Made by a program: the position numbers and the translations under genes. Shown in pieces: positions 51,111 to 62,998 of a stretch of DNA of 64,000 nt (positions within the stretch are counted from its first letter, which is position 1; each line of letters starts with the position of its first letter). The stretch lies in assembly GCA_036172245.1 (NCBI GenBank), contig JAYWIR010000004.1:992001-1056000 (forward strand). The letters are read 5' to 3'. Origin of the DNA: Raillietiella orientalis. Lineage: Eukaryota. The notes below the pieces were generated by a model. The model was given only the letters and a program-made list of their open reading frames with translations, did not search any database and was not told the origin of the DNA.

Positions 51111-52099
51111 GTTATTGCTCAAGATCCCGTGACCACCTTCCACACCCGAGACTTCTCCGCAATGCGTTCTCCACCCGCGGCCGTTCTCTCATGAGCTGAA
51201 GTGCTTCGCATGCTGTAGTCCGTTTGCCGTCCTCCGGGTCCTGGCTTCCGGAGAAAAGAAGTCATCAGGATGAGAGAGACAGCTTCGTGAAAGACCCACA
51301 GCAGAAAAAAAAAAAATAAGGGTGCGTCTGATTCGTTCCGGAGAATCGTGCTACTTCCAGCTTCGAGATCTTTTTCTCGTAAAGGTTCCTACTCTGTATC
51401 ACTAATGAGGTTTTCATGTTGCTACGAGTCAGCCACGCGTCAGCTACCAGCACCTGCACGAAAAGCTCTAGTGAGCAGAACGTGTGGACACTTCGCCTGA
51501 GAACTTGAAGATACCACCCCTTTCTTGCATCTGGACAGCTCCGCGCTCCTCCTCGAATGGAACAGCACTCAGGATCACTCCCCACTTCTTGCACCGGGAC
51601 TTCCCGTACAACGAATGCTTTTATCGCAGAGAGAAGAATATTGTCTCCGCAGACTGGTGAAGCCTTCCAAAGCAGCTGCAGACTGCGCTGAAGGCCCCCC
51701 TGATAATCCTGATGGATATTCGGGAAGCTCGTGTAGTGCTGCTCCACGTGCGACGTACCGTTTCCTGCCTCCTCGATCTTCATATTGCTTTGCATCAAGA
51801 AGATAAAGGCGGCACGTTGTGTGACAGAGATGCTCCAGCAAAGAGAGGAGTATCCGCTCCTTCCGAGACGAGCAGCGGAGCAAAGTGACCCCATCTACAA
51901 GAAGAAGGCAAGGATGGCAGATCTGTCTTCTTCAGCCTTCACTCGATGCAGGCTGCAGAAGGCAAGGAACAACCAGCCGGTGTCTGGTTTATTTGTTTTC
52001 ACTTCCTGCGGTCCTCTTGCTTCACCCTTCAGGTGTCATCGCGTAGCCGACAAGTGAGTCTTCTCTTTGGTACTGCAAATCCTTCTTTGTTTCATGGGC

Positions 52100-53900
52100 T
52101 CATCTTTTCCTTGGTAAGATGAACGTTACGGAGTGGCCAGGTGGAAAGCGTCGCCAACTCTCTGAGCTGTGCATGAGCTGCTGCTCCAGAACCGAATGTG
52201 GGCAGTCTAGAGCGCTAAGGATGCGATTTCCGAGACGGAAAGAAAAGGCACGTGTTTGAGGGAAGAGGAGGAGGCGTAACTCTCCAGGGGAGCGAAAAAT
52301 GGACCCCTCCTGCTCTCGAAGAGTCGAGGTCACTTTTGCAGAATGTTTTTTTAGGCCAGAAATCTGGTTCTCTTCGCGGAACGGAGTCAGGTCCGTTTGC
52401 TTCTCGGCCTCTCTGTTCGGATGGAAAGAAGTAGCATGCAAGAGCACCGCCATGACATCGAACCTCCCGCTTATTCCCTGGAATTGCAAACCTTCCCGGA
52501 AACGCACCCCCGTCTCCCCAAGTTCGCATCCACAGCTACCTGCTGCAGCAGCCCCGAGTCTCTTCGCTCCAGTGCAATAGGCTGAAGGGAACCTCAGTGG
52601 GAATGGACCACCAGCCATCTTCGAAGCACAGTCAAAACTATGTACCGAAGAAGCAAGAAGAAACCACGAGGAGCGGTGCTCCGGATGCCTTCCAGAAGTA
52701 GAAGAAACTGAAGGACGCCCGGCACCACCCATCCCCTCACCGATGATGAAAACGGAGTTACACTTCAGCTTCAGGATCGCGACGCTTTGGAAGCTGCGAG
52801 CGCAGCTCAGTGCACCGGGAAAGACAAGGCGAAATCCCAGGAAGGAAAAAGAAGATGCGGGGTGGAGGGACAACCGAATCTAACTGGAGTGGATAAATGC
52901 TGTAACGACGTGCCCCCTCGGCAGCTGTAAGGGCTGCTCCAGGAACCGATGGTCCCTCTAAGTCCTATGCCCTCCTCTCTTAAAGTTCTTTCAGGAGTGC
53001 CCGGGCTCCCAGAAAAACATGCCCAGGAGCCATCGTCACCGCAGAGGTTCGCACCTCCCCGCCCTCGGAAGATTTCCCGGTGCTTCATGGATGACAAGTC
53101 GGTCCCCAGGCGTTGTTCCTTCTCCGTGTCGATCTCCCTCGAAGGTCAATTCCCGAAAGTCTTCCTCGTTTGCTCCTTCCCGCCTCCAGATCTCTATGGA
53201 AAGGGAACCCAGACCACGGGAGGGAAGAAGGGGTGTTTCCAAAAAAACCCTGGATTCGGGATTTTCCTCGAAATTGGAAACCGAGTACTCGGAGAATCCC
53301 ATTCCCATCTCCCGCGTTCCGCTCACGGCGAGCACAGAAGATCCGCTGTTTCGAGAACGCTCTTCCTGGTTAGGGATACTCAATACAGGAGCGATCGACT
53401 CCCGAAAAAACACTCTGCTCGGGGAAGGACCGAGATTTAATGGGTCGTGCGGCACCTGCGCGTTCCGCGGAGAGACAAGCACCGAGGAGAAATCCAGGAG
53501 ATGAGCCTCAAAGGGTTACTCGAGTGCTCGGAAAGCCTCCAGCAGGGTCTTCGGCGCGAGAAACGGGAAGATCGTTGCGATCCGCCTCGGAGGATGAGAT
53601 CTTCGGCTCGGTGCGTTCCGAAGACGGCGGTGGCGGTGAGCACTGGTGGAAGGAGGTCGCCAAGAAAGCAAACCAGCAAGCAGCTGGAAACGAGAGCGGC
53701 GCTAGCAAGGAGCTTCCTAGCAACAAAGAGAGGCGCGGTCGAGAAGCCGCATCTCCACGGACCGCGCGACTCTGCGGTAGGTTCGCCGCTGCCGGGAGGA
53801 GCACTGGAATGTCGAGCGGTAGTGCTGCCTCTTCCGCAGCGTCTTCTCTTCTGAGAGGCGCAGCACTTGAGCTCGTAGATTCCGGAGGCTTTACAAGAAT
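52100..53900 (-). mobile_element. LINE ORF1-like remnant in the AdoR intron
   Basis: PLNLGPSP...RLVIHEAPGNLPRAGRCE (ORF 53036-53482) with a decayed Cys cluster; GC-rich, multiple frameshifts. Confidence 0.3.
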
Positions 53901-55016
53901 CCAGAGAAGCTGTGCAAATGGAGTCACCCCTTGCGACGACGAGGATCTGTTCCGGAGGAAGGGCCATCATGCGGCGCCCGTCGCGTCTGCGGTCGAGAGG
54001 GACAAGATGGGTTTTCCCCGCTCATCTTCGTTTTCATGGCGCCTTCCGATGCTTCACACTCGCATTGGAGCGATCTGGATCCGTCCCTCCGTCTCCCTGA
54101 GCAAAATGCTGGAAGAGTAGCAGACGAATCGTTCTCGGCGACAACTCTTCGAGAAGCATCCGCCATCCACGGGCCGCCACTCGGAGGTCCGTGCGCAAAG
54201 TGCGCCCGATGCCCCTTTCGTCGGCAGCTGAACCGTCCTTTCGCAAAAACCTGCTCGGAGCACCACACGAGCCACCCTTGCACCCGGCGCTGTCACCTTC
54301 CTTTGAACTCGGAGACTTTTTTCGTGCTGCGGTTTCTGCCAATAGGCGCACGACGGAGCCTTCTCCGCAGAGTTAGCGTTTTTCGTGCAGTTGTCGCAGG
54401 AAACTTTCGGAAGAAATCCAAGTTCGCCCTTCGATCGAACGGGCGAACTTTCGATCGAAGCGCGTGAATCTTCTTGCAGCTCCGCGCCTCCTCCTTCCTT
54501 TTCTTCTCTCTCTCTCTTTTTTCCTTCTCTTCCCTTTTTTTTTTTTTTTGTTGTTGTTTTGTGCTCAGCGCCATTGAAGGCTGCACGAGGCTGAGGGACT
54601 CCAACCTGCCTCAGGCTTTGCGGTTCGGACTGTGAAATTCTCTGCGTGGTGCGCCACTTGACCCACCTCAGCTTCGCGAGTCACACCGACCTCCCATCAT
54701 CTGCAGACCACCTGTTAAATAGATTAGGGCCTCCCAGTAAGACCCCATCGGAAAGCAGGCGGATTCAGTCTTTTCCAGGCACGCCGACACCTCCGGTCCA
54801 CGTAACGCGAAGCCATCCAAGGAACCGTTCCAGAGATGGCAGGAGGGAGGCAAGCCGCGCTGACGGTTGTGGTGACGGCAGGCTGTGGAAGAGGGTACAT
54901 CGTTCTCTGCATCCGCGATGTGCACCTGCGCCTGCGCTGTCGAGACATGCACCTCGCGACACGCTCATCCCGGGAGGAGAGGACTGTGCGCGGACGCAGC
55001 GAGTGTACGTACGTAC

Positions 55017-55207
55017 AACGTATATGTGGCAGTAGAAGTAGACCATCAGGCACCCGGGGGACACGATGGTCGTGAAATACAAGAAGACGAGGTAATTGTG
55101 GTCCATCACCCTGGTGAAGACACAGGAAGACGTGAAGCCGTTGTTCCACGCGAATATCGGCAGCGAGCCGATGAAGATTCCCAGCATCCAACAGATCAGG
55201 AGGAAGC
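55017..55207 (-). CDS. AdoR: Adenosine receptor-like class A GPCR, internal exon (TM4-ECL2-TM5)
   Basis: Acceptor ccatttcctcatttcAG (AG at 55209-55208), then (x)GC-FLLICWMLGIFIGSLPIFAWNNGFTSSCVFTRVMDHNYLVFLYFTTIVSPGCLMVYFYCHIYV, then donor GTACGT at 55016. Length 191 nt = 2 + 63 codons. The TM4 W...P-x-x-x-W-N and ECL2 C-x-F-x-x-V-M-x-x-x-Y motifs are typical of adenosine receptors. Confidence 0.9.
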
Positions 55208-56099
55208 CTGAAATGAGGAAATGGCGGCGTTACCTCGCGGGCTGCTATTCCGGCTGCCTCGTGATGGCGAAGGATACGCAAGGTGTTTTCTCCCTAAAGG
55301 ATGAAGGGCGCATCTTCCTCGAAGGACAAGTTTCAGAATTTTGAGGGCGTGTTCCCAGTACCGGAGGGAATGAGCGCGTGCGCGTGGGGAAAGACGAATG
55401 AACCGCTTCGATAACCTTCCCGGCTTCCCCGTGTGGTTTTTATGAGCAAAGACAAGAAGCGCGCGAAGAGCAGGAAGAGGAAGGGGATCGCGCGATCCAG
55501 CAAGAGGACTCAGGGCATTTAAACAAGGGATGGTGCATCCAAACGATCTGGGATCAGTGGGATAGGACATGCTTCTCAGCCGGAGTCTCGCGAGAGCGGA
55601 ACGTACCTTGGAAGCTCGATCGGTTGCTAGGAGTTTGGCTGTCCCTCCCTCCCCCCTTCCTCCTCCTCTTAGGATGAGAGAAAATTTCTCCGTTGTGTCT
55701 CGACAGAGGCTAGCAACGACGTTCTCCAGGCATCTTCGAGAGTTGAGGAGCGCTCAAGGAGTCGGCAGCAGCGGACAGAGCGGGTGAAGGATGGTCTCGC
55801 GGAAACAGGAATCTGAGACCTGAGGGGATGGGGCCCTATCAGACGGCCGCAGACGGCTCCAGCGGAAACTCGCGGTTATCTTCGTCTCGCCCGTTCGGAA
55901 GCTGAGCGCATCGTGGCTTCTTCCAGCCCCATCGGCCTACGAAGCGCATTCAGCTGGAGGCAAGAAACTTGTTGCGCATTCTCTCGCTCTGGGTCAGCCT
56001 CCGTTCCCTCCTGCTGACCCCCTGCAGGCTCCAGTGGATTCACTGAGCTGGCCGCCGGATATTTTTTTTCGCCACTGACCATCCTTTTTCCATCTGAAG

Positions 56100-57100
56100 A
56101 CGATCGATTGTTCTTTCCCCCCTTTTCCTTTCTCTTGCGGGGTCATCCTCCAGGAAAATGCCGCGGGACCTCGGCCGACTTCTTGGCGTCGCAGCTGCTG
56201 CATCCGGAACTCTGCGGGGATGAACCCTCCGGATCCGGGGAAGAGATGGACTCTCTGAGCGGTAATCCTAGGCCAGGGATGACAAGCGGACAGGAGCGGG
56301 AGGGCGCCTTTCTGACGAAGCGGAAGAGATGCCGACGCGAAACCATCCGAGGGGGACGCTGCTGCACCCCTCCAATCACAGCCGCGGCAACAGAAAGAAT
56401 GAAATTAATGAGCCCAGAGAACGAGCCGTAAGTCTAAGAAAAATCCCGGAGAGTCGAGAGACCCAAGGCGCGTAGCGCTAGTGGCATCCGGCTGCGGATC
56501 TGGCGAGCTCTTTGCGGTGCCCTGCAACGGCGAGGAGCGAAGGAATCTTTACTCAGCAGTGAGGACGCAGTCCAGGGAAAGCAACGCGGGTGGCAGCGGC
56601 ACCCCGACAGATTTAAGATCCCGCCTCAGAGGTTAACTCTTGCTTCGCGGGAGGACGCCTCCTGCAGAAAGCAAATCAAGCCTCCCAGAGCAAATCGAGA
56701 AGGCGGAGATCTGGAGAAAGATAAGAGAATGGTCATTGGGAAGGACGGAAGAGCAGCAGACGGGGTACCCGGCTGGAACGAAAAGCCGGCAGGGCGCAAG
56801 CACTACTGGAGTGAGAGCCGGGGAAAAGCTTCCCTGTTCGAGGGGGTTCCCGGGGACAGCAGCGTCCCAAGGGACTGGCAGGTGGTCACGCATTGGAAGG
56901 ATTTCTAAAAAGACGCTGTGAGGAGTGGGGGATCCGTGGCTGCCAGTCTGGTCGATGGCAGGTTGATCACGGAATGGGAGGTCCCTCGGAGGCTCTCGGT
57001 CGAGTTCCAAAGGATAGCGGAGGTCTGCATCCGCGCCCCTTGCTGCAAGAAAGAGACGAGGCTTTGAGAGAGGAGATGACGGCATAAAAGCAAGGAGGAA
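56100..57100 (-). mobile_element. LINE APE/RT-like remnant
   Basis: LPNDHSLIFL (ORF 56633-57205) matches TDHSLIFV at ~35120. PGSGGFIPAEF near 56240-56207 resembles PGxDGxxAEF. Confidence 0.4.
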
Positions 57101-57399
57101 GGAAGTGAAGTGGCTCGTGTCTTCCCAGCAAGGAAGAAAGAAGCCCACACATACGCTCGTGACCGGCGAGTCTGCGGGTGCTTCATGGTACGATTCAATC
57201 AGCACGGATCAATGGACCTCACGCGTGCCTGGAATCCTGCCTGGATCTTCGCGTGACCGGGGGCCTTTTCCTTTTTCTCCTCTTCCTCTTCCCTCCTTTC
57301 TTCTCCTGGTGAAGCATCTGGAGAAAGGATCTTCTCACTCCTCACGTGGGGGGCAGGTCTGGCATCTTGTGCAAGTCCCAGTTGACTGAGGCAATCCCG

Positions 57400-60150
57400 G
57401 ATCGTTTGGTCCATCTCTCACGCCGCCTCAGCCTGGCTAGGGAACTCGTCTGACTCTCCTGATCCAGCTCTCGTCAGCACAGACGAATGACCTGTCACAC
57501 CCTTGGCGAGCTCCGTCCTTTCAGACGCAGGTAGTCTGCGGTGAAGCCACGAAACGCCTTCACCCTTGCGCGCGCGTCATCGAAGCAGAAGCTGCGGCGT
57601 GGACCCCGCTGTGCATTCCCCAATCAGCACGAGCATGGTCGAATTAACCGACCCCGATGCCGACCAAAACTCTTTCTGCTTTCTCATGAGGTCGGAATCT
57701 GAGCTTTCCGGTCGATACATTGGAGAAATTCGATGTGCCAGCCCACTCCAGATCCCCAGCATCTTCCTTGAAGATAATTCGGCACGTCCGGCGCTCCGAA
57801 AACGCGAATCCGCACTCGTTGCCTTGGAAGAGGCGGATCACTGTCGCCTCATTCCTTCTCGATCTCTTTTTTTCTTCTTCCACTCCACCTTACCCACTCC
57901 CTCTTTTTCTTTCTTCCTCTCCTCTACACCTTCGGAGCAAGAAGGGAGACCCACCTTTCATCTATCAGGAGCGAGGGAGCACGGCACCACTGGTATGGCG
58001 AGTCGCTTCCTGCTGGAGGAAAACCCAAGGAAGGCTGCGTCTGAGCGCCCTCACATCAGGGAGATGGGTGAGCGCCCATCAGATGGGTGGCCTTTTCCCT
58101 GGCACCCACAGGAAGCAAGGAGAATTACTTCCTCCTTCTCCCCTCTCTCCTCCTCCTCTTTTCTCACGGAAGAAGCTAGTGCTTCGATATGTCGTTCCCA
58201 CATTCTTAGGGAACCGACAATCGCGTGCAACATTGGGAAGGCAGCTCAGGAAGAACAAAGTTTTGTAGGAGAGCGAGCAAGGGATCCTCTGGAATGCGGT
58301 CCCTCCTTCCCCCGAGGATCAAGACCTCCGTTCCGGTAATCGACTGAAAACTTGGTCTCCAGGAGGCCGAAGACATCACTTTGACTTTGCGCGAAGTGAA
58401 GAGGAGCTGTCTCCAAACTCGGTCGACCTCAGAAGTAGTAGCAGCCAAGACCGAGCGCTGGAAAGCCTTCGACGACAACAGCAGCCAAGACTCTCAAGGA
58501 ACTTGACGTCGACTCTCATGGCAGGAATCCTGGCTTCCCGCGAGGGTTCCCCTTCGAATCCTCGATTGCCGAGGAGATGAGATCCAAGCTTCACCTCGGT
58601 TCCTCTACAAAGGACGGCCGTCTCCTTCCCATGAGCGCGTCTCGCGTCCTCTCTGCTGCGGTGCTCCTGTCTCTGATCCGCCCGCAGCATCCGTTCCACT
58701 CCTCGCTCTTCCCCTACACGTCCACCGCTCCCTCGTCAGCAGGTCCTGCGCTTTCCCTCAGGACCTGACGATGAGAGAGCAGGCCCGTAGACTGCTTCCC
58801 GCGCATTCCCGCAGGCTGTCGTGCCTGTGAGCCCTCGGACCGTAGTCTTCCGTGCGACACGTGTGTTTTCACAGAGGGGTCACTCCGCAGCTTCTGCTTC
58901 GAGGACGCGCTCGCGAGGGTGCGGGCGTTTCGTGGTTTCACCGCAGATCACCTGCGTCCGAAAGGGATGCGATCAGGCGGGATGACTCGGAGAGGTCACC
59001 ACGAGACAAGTCATCTCATGGTCCTAGGACAGCCCAGGCAGGAAACGGAGCGTTCGTGCGACCCGCCCTCGCAGAAGAGCAGCCAGTGAGCATCCGGAAT
59101 CTTCAGGGGAATGCGTACCCGTGTCGACGGCCGGAGAAACTCCGGCCCTCTGATTTGCCCACCCACACACACCCTTGAGGTTTTTCTTGTCATCGAAAAA
59201 GCCGCAGACGCCCAGCGGAAATCCCATCCTCTATCCCTATTTGGTTAGGGAGATTCCCGTGGGATCACAGTCGACTACCAGCTTTCAGAGAAGCGGCGCG
59301 ATTTGTAAGCGGTGCTGCTGTTGCGCCCCTTCTTCCTCCCCCTCTCTCCGAGGGTGGTAGTGTTTCCAGAGAGCAACGCCTGAGAAAGCTAAAAGAGGCG
59401 AAGAGAGAGGAACAAGAGGAGAGGTCTTTAATAGCCGCAGGTCTCCGGCCCATCCCCTCCATCTCTTCCGTCTCCCTTCTCCCGCTGTTTGATCTCAGCA
59501 TCCATGGCGATCGTTGGGATCTACTGTGCGCTGACAGCTCCACTCTCCACGTGTGTTGTCACGGTGTTCCACAGTGCTGCGTCGGACTGCCAGGAGTGTC
59601 TGATTCCCCCTTCTTGCTGCTCTCTCTTCTTTGCCTTCTCCACTTCCTTCTCCCTGCTTGCTTCACCGCGCCTGGGGGACAGCCACCCCCCTTTCTGGAA
59701 CCCATTTCATCCCTCGGGTGGGCTTTTCGATTGCCACGTGCCACCACTGTCCCTGAGAAGAGCGCGATGACGGTCACCTAAGTCGATCGCGACTCCCCGC
59801 CGTACGTCACCCCGGGCTCAGGAGCGCCGCCCTCCCTTGCCCGTACCGGTAGCATTCCCTGTTTCCTTGGAAGGATTCCGCTGACCCGATGTTCCGTTCA
59901 CATGAGTCCCCCTGGCGATTTCTCCCGCCTCATCTTCGGTCGAGAAGGGAGACCCCGAGCGGCGGCCGAGAGTGAAGCGGCACGCAGGCGCGATCAGGCG
60001 GGATGACTCTGAGAGGTCATCACGAGACGAGTCACCACAGATGCCAGTGGGAAGGTGGAAGAACTCCAGGAGAAGAAGCACCAACTCACTCTGAGCAGTC
60101 ACTTTGACGAGTCTCAGTCTGGGCGAATCTGCGCGATCTACAAGCACTCC
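57400..60150. mobile_element. Cluster of three related element ends (one plus, two minus), probably LINE 5' regions
   Basis: 57516-57612 is an inverted copy (roughly 85% by eye) of 58871-58967. 58969-59013 is a direct copy (3 mismatches in 45) of 59990-60034. Confidence 0.55.
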
Positions 60151-60399
60151 AGTTCAGTCCTAATGAGGTCAACTGTGTAGTCAGACGGGGTGTAATCTCT
60201 TCGGGACCACTCCCAATCCAATAGAGTTCTGCTAACCCAGTCTAGTACGGTCTCGTGAGGCCAAATCTAGACCACCCTTTCTACTCTAAGATCCACTTGG
60301 TCCCATCAATTAGATGCTGATTGAGCAAAGTATTCATTAGACGTTTACTGACACTCGTTTCATCGTCATGGCTGCTCATCTGGAAGGAATCTGCATGTG

Positions 60400-62662
60400 C
60401 AATGATGACGTATAAGAGACTAACACATTGTACTCTAGAATTGTTGCAAGCATAATATGGACAATAAAGATTTTCTTTAGGGATAAAAAGAGTAAGAAGA
60501 GTATCGTTCCGTGATCACGGGCTATTTCATTCACCCCGTGATGGGCATTGTAGATGGATTCGTGGAAAGCTTGAAGAACGGACTCTTGGTTCTATTTTTA
60601 CGCACTTGCTGTCGTATGTAAAGAAGAGAGGCACGGAGAACTCCACGCCGGAAATGAAGACCTCCTCTGCAGATGCAGGGACCCTTGAAATTTGAGTCTT
60701 TTCCCCGGCAACATTGCTTGGAAGCGCCAAGGATTTCTCGGAGAGGACAGCAGGCAGTCTGCATGCAGGACGAACCTCTCTAGAAAGATGGGCAGTGGGA
60801 GAAAAGCCCAGGTCTCTTCTTCCTTTCGAAGAGCTTCAGGTGGAAACTCAGTTCGGCAGAGGGCAAGAGAGGAACAGCGCGTTCATTGCGAAGAAGGCCC
60901 TCCGCTCCTACGAGAGACACCAAGAACGGAACACAGGGGTTCCGTGCTTGTCACGTCCTACGGCATATCAACGATGCGATACGGATAGCTAACAAGCGGT
61001 GCAGCGAACAGCTGAGCCACTCAATGTTTCTCCATTCTATAAGGAAAGAAAGGAAGACAAATCAACACGAAGGGGCTTCAGAGGGGAAAAAAAAAAAAGG
61101 GGGAGCCTTTGAAAATGGTGCCTCTCCCAACCTAGATCAACGTAGTACAAGATTTCGAACCGTATGCAAAAACGAAAGTGGAGCGGCGGTTTTGGTTTTC
61201 TTATCCTCTTTCCTCTCTAGGTCTCCTGCGAGAATAAGCTACATTCCCAGTGTTATCAATATTTTTCCAAATCAGCTAACAGCTCCGAGTCTCAACCATC
61301 GGGTCAGAACCAGTGATGCCATGGTGCACATCGTGAGGTGTGCACCATGGCAGCACTACTTTTGTTTGGGATTTTGGGATCTGTCCCTTGGAACCATGTG
61401 ATTATGTGAGGTTTTCGGAGTTCGGCAAGAGACAAGCTGGTGCTCCGGATGCAGCAAAGCGTCCGTTACTTCATGTTCACAATAGATGGCAAATCGGAAA
61501 ATCCCTCCAGAGGTCCGTGAGGAGCTGCTAAAACCGAGCGGTTTCCTCAACGTTTTGTAAATCTTTTACAGCACTCAAGCTCGCGGTTGATGACCGTCTT
61601 GCTCCATTACTCAAGAGTGTGCTCACCTTACTGAAGGGTGTATAGGAAGAGCGAGACAGTGTAACTCTTTGGGAGCCATGTGTTCATTTGACATTCTATT
61701 TTATGGCTACTAAGCAATCCTTCAAACCAAATCCCTGTCGATGAAATGCCATGACGCGGAAAGCATGAAACCCATAGGAAAAGACAGGCAAACGTGAGAC
61801 GAGGTCGGTAAAGAGAGGCTTCCCTTCCGGAATCTGAAATAGTCGTCCAGCGAATGAAACGGTATTGTCAGCCCGAAGGAAAGACTTCTCGAAATTTCAA
61901 TTTTGGACGGAGCGCTCCAGTGAAACAGCGTCTTTTAAAGGAGGAGGAGGAGAAGGAAAGGGGACAGACTCCGGTCGAGAAAAGAGCGATTCGGCTCTGT
62001 ACCAAGCGGAACTTTTCGCCACAACAACATAGGACGCACCACGAGTCGAATATCAGCATTTCACTGAGACGAATAAGGTGAGGACACCAGAGGCGAGAAG
62101 AGAAGATGCGGAGGACGAGGAGCCATGCCTTGCAAATTGCATTGTCTCGTAGCATCAGCATGCAGACCTCTTGGCGAGAATATGACTGATTCCCAGTTAT
62201 TTGGATCGAACACGCTTGTTTGCCTGGAAGGACGTAATATCAACGCACAGGAAACTTCATCCCAACTGTAAGTTGGATTCAGCAGCACTTTTCATCGGAA
62301 ATGCTGCTGATGGAGGACGCAGTTCTCTGAGAAGAATGTAATCCATGAGTTATAAGTGTCGAGGATGTCTCAAGAAGATGAGCCAGAAGAGAGGTCATAG
62401 AAGGTACACGATGGATGCAAAGCCTCAACAACTCACCGAATAATGTGAACGCATTATACACTAAGAATGCACGTTGGCATTCATGATAATGAGCATATCA
62501 CGTGTTTGTGTGTTCTTTAAAAGAAAAGACGTCATCGGAGTTCTTGAGATCCAATTGTTTTCTCGAGGAAGAAGTGTCAAAGAGATGTTACACTCTTGCC
62601 AAAGAGCACTTGATACAGGAGGATCAGAACTAAACCTTTCCCGAAGTGCTGGAGAGAACTAG
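60400..62662 (+). pseudogene. Degenerate NERD-like nuclease/SF1 helicase-like family copy
   Basis: DH / YFIHPVMGIVDGFVESLK at ~60513-60576 (NERD core-like), QIPVDEMP at 61728-61751 (Walker B-like), IQLFSRGRS (ORF 62474-62662, motif VI-like). Confidence 0.55.
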
Positions 62663-62998
62663 GTTCGGGGATAAGAGGGACACTGTATGCGAAGAAGTAA
62701 GGGACATGTAACCTGGTCACACTTTACCCAAGCTCGAAATTTTAAAGACCTCGCCACCTCTAGTCGAATGGCCTAAGAAGCCTCTAGCTTAAGACGTACT
62801 TCTCGAAACAAAGACCTGTACGCACGGAAAGAGTTAGCACGTGCGAATTGTCAAACTGTTGATTTCCCAAGGGTTTGCAGAGATTTTTTTTTTTTTTTTG
62901 CAACATGTGCAGCGTACCTTGCCAAAACATAGTTCTACTTTTCATCCAAGCCTCCGCTTCCGTGGAAGATTAATTAATGGATAAAGCTTTTTTCTACT

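Larger units (their letters stand above)
45647..55016 (-). other. 9.37-kb phase-0 GT-AG intron of the AdoR-like gene, filled with repeat remnants
   Basis: GTACGT donor and tgccttgcAG acceptor give a continuous HIYV|VRNR frame. An additional small exon inside cannot be excluded. Confidence 0.75.

Noticed and set aside
55196..55570. RYW...ALHPL...AY in the ORF just upstream of the TM4 exon, resembling the receptor DRYWAILHPLAY segment
   Set aside because: There is no Asp before RY, the motifs are separated by insertions, the frame differs from the exon, and the only donor-like GT would give a 25-nt intron. Likely coincidence.
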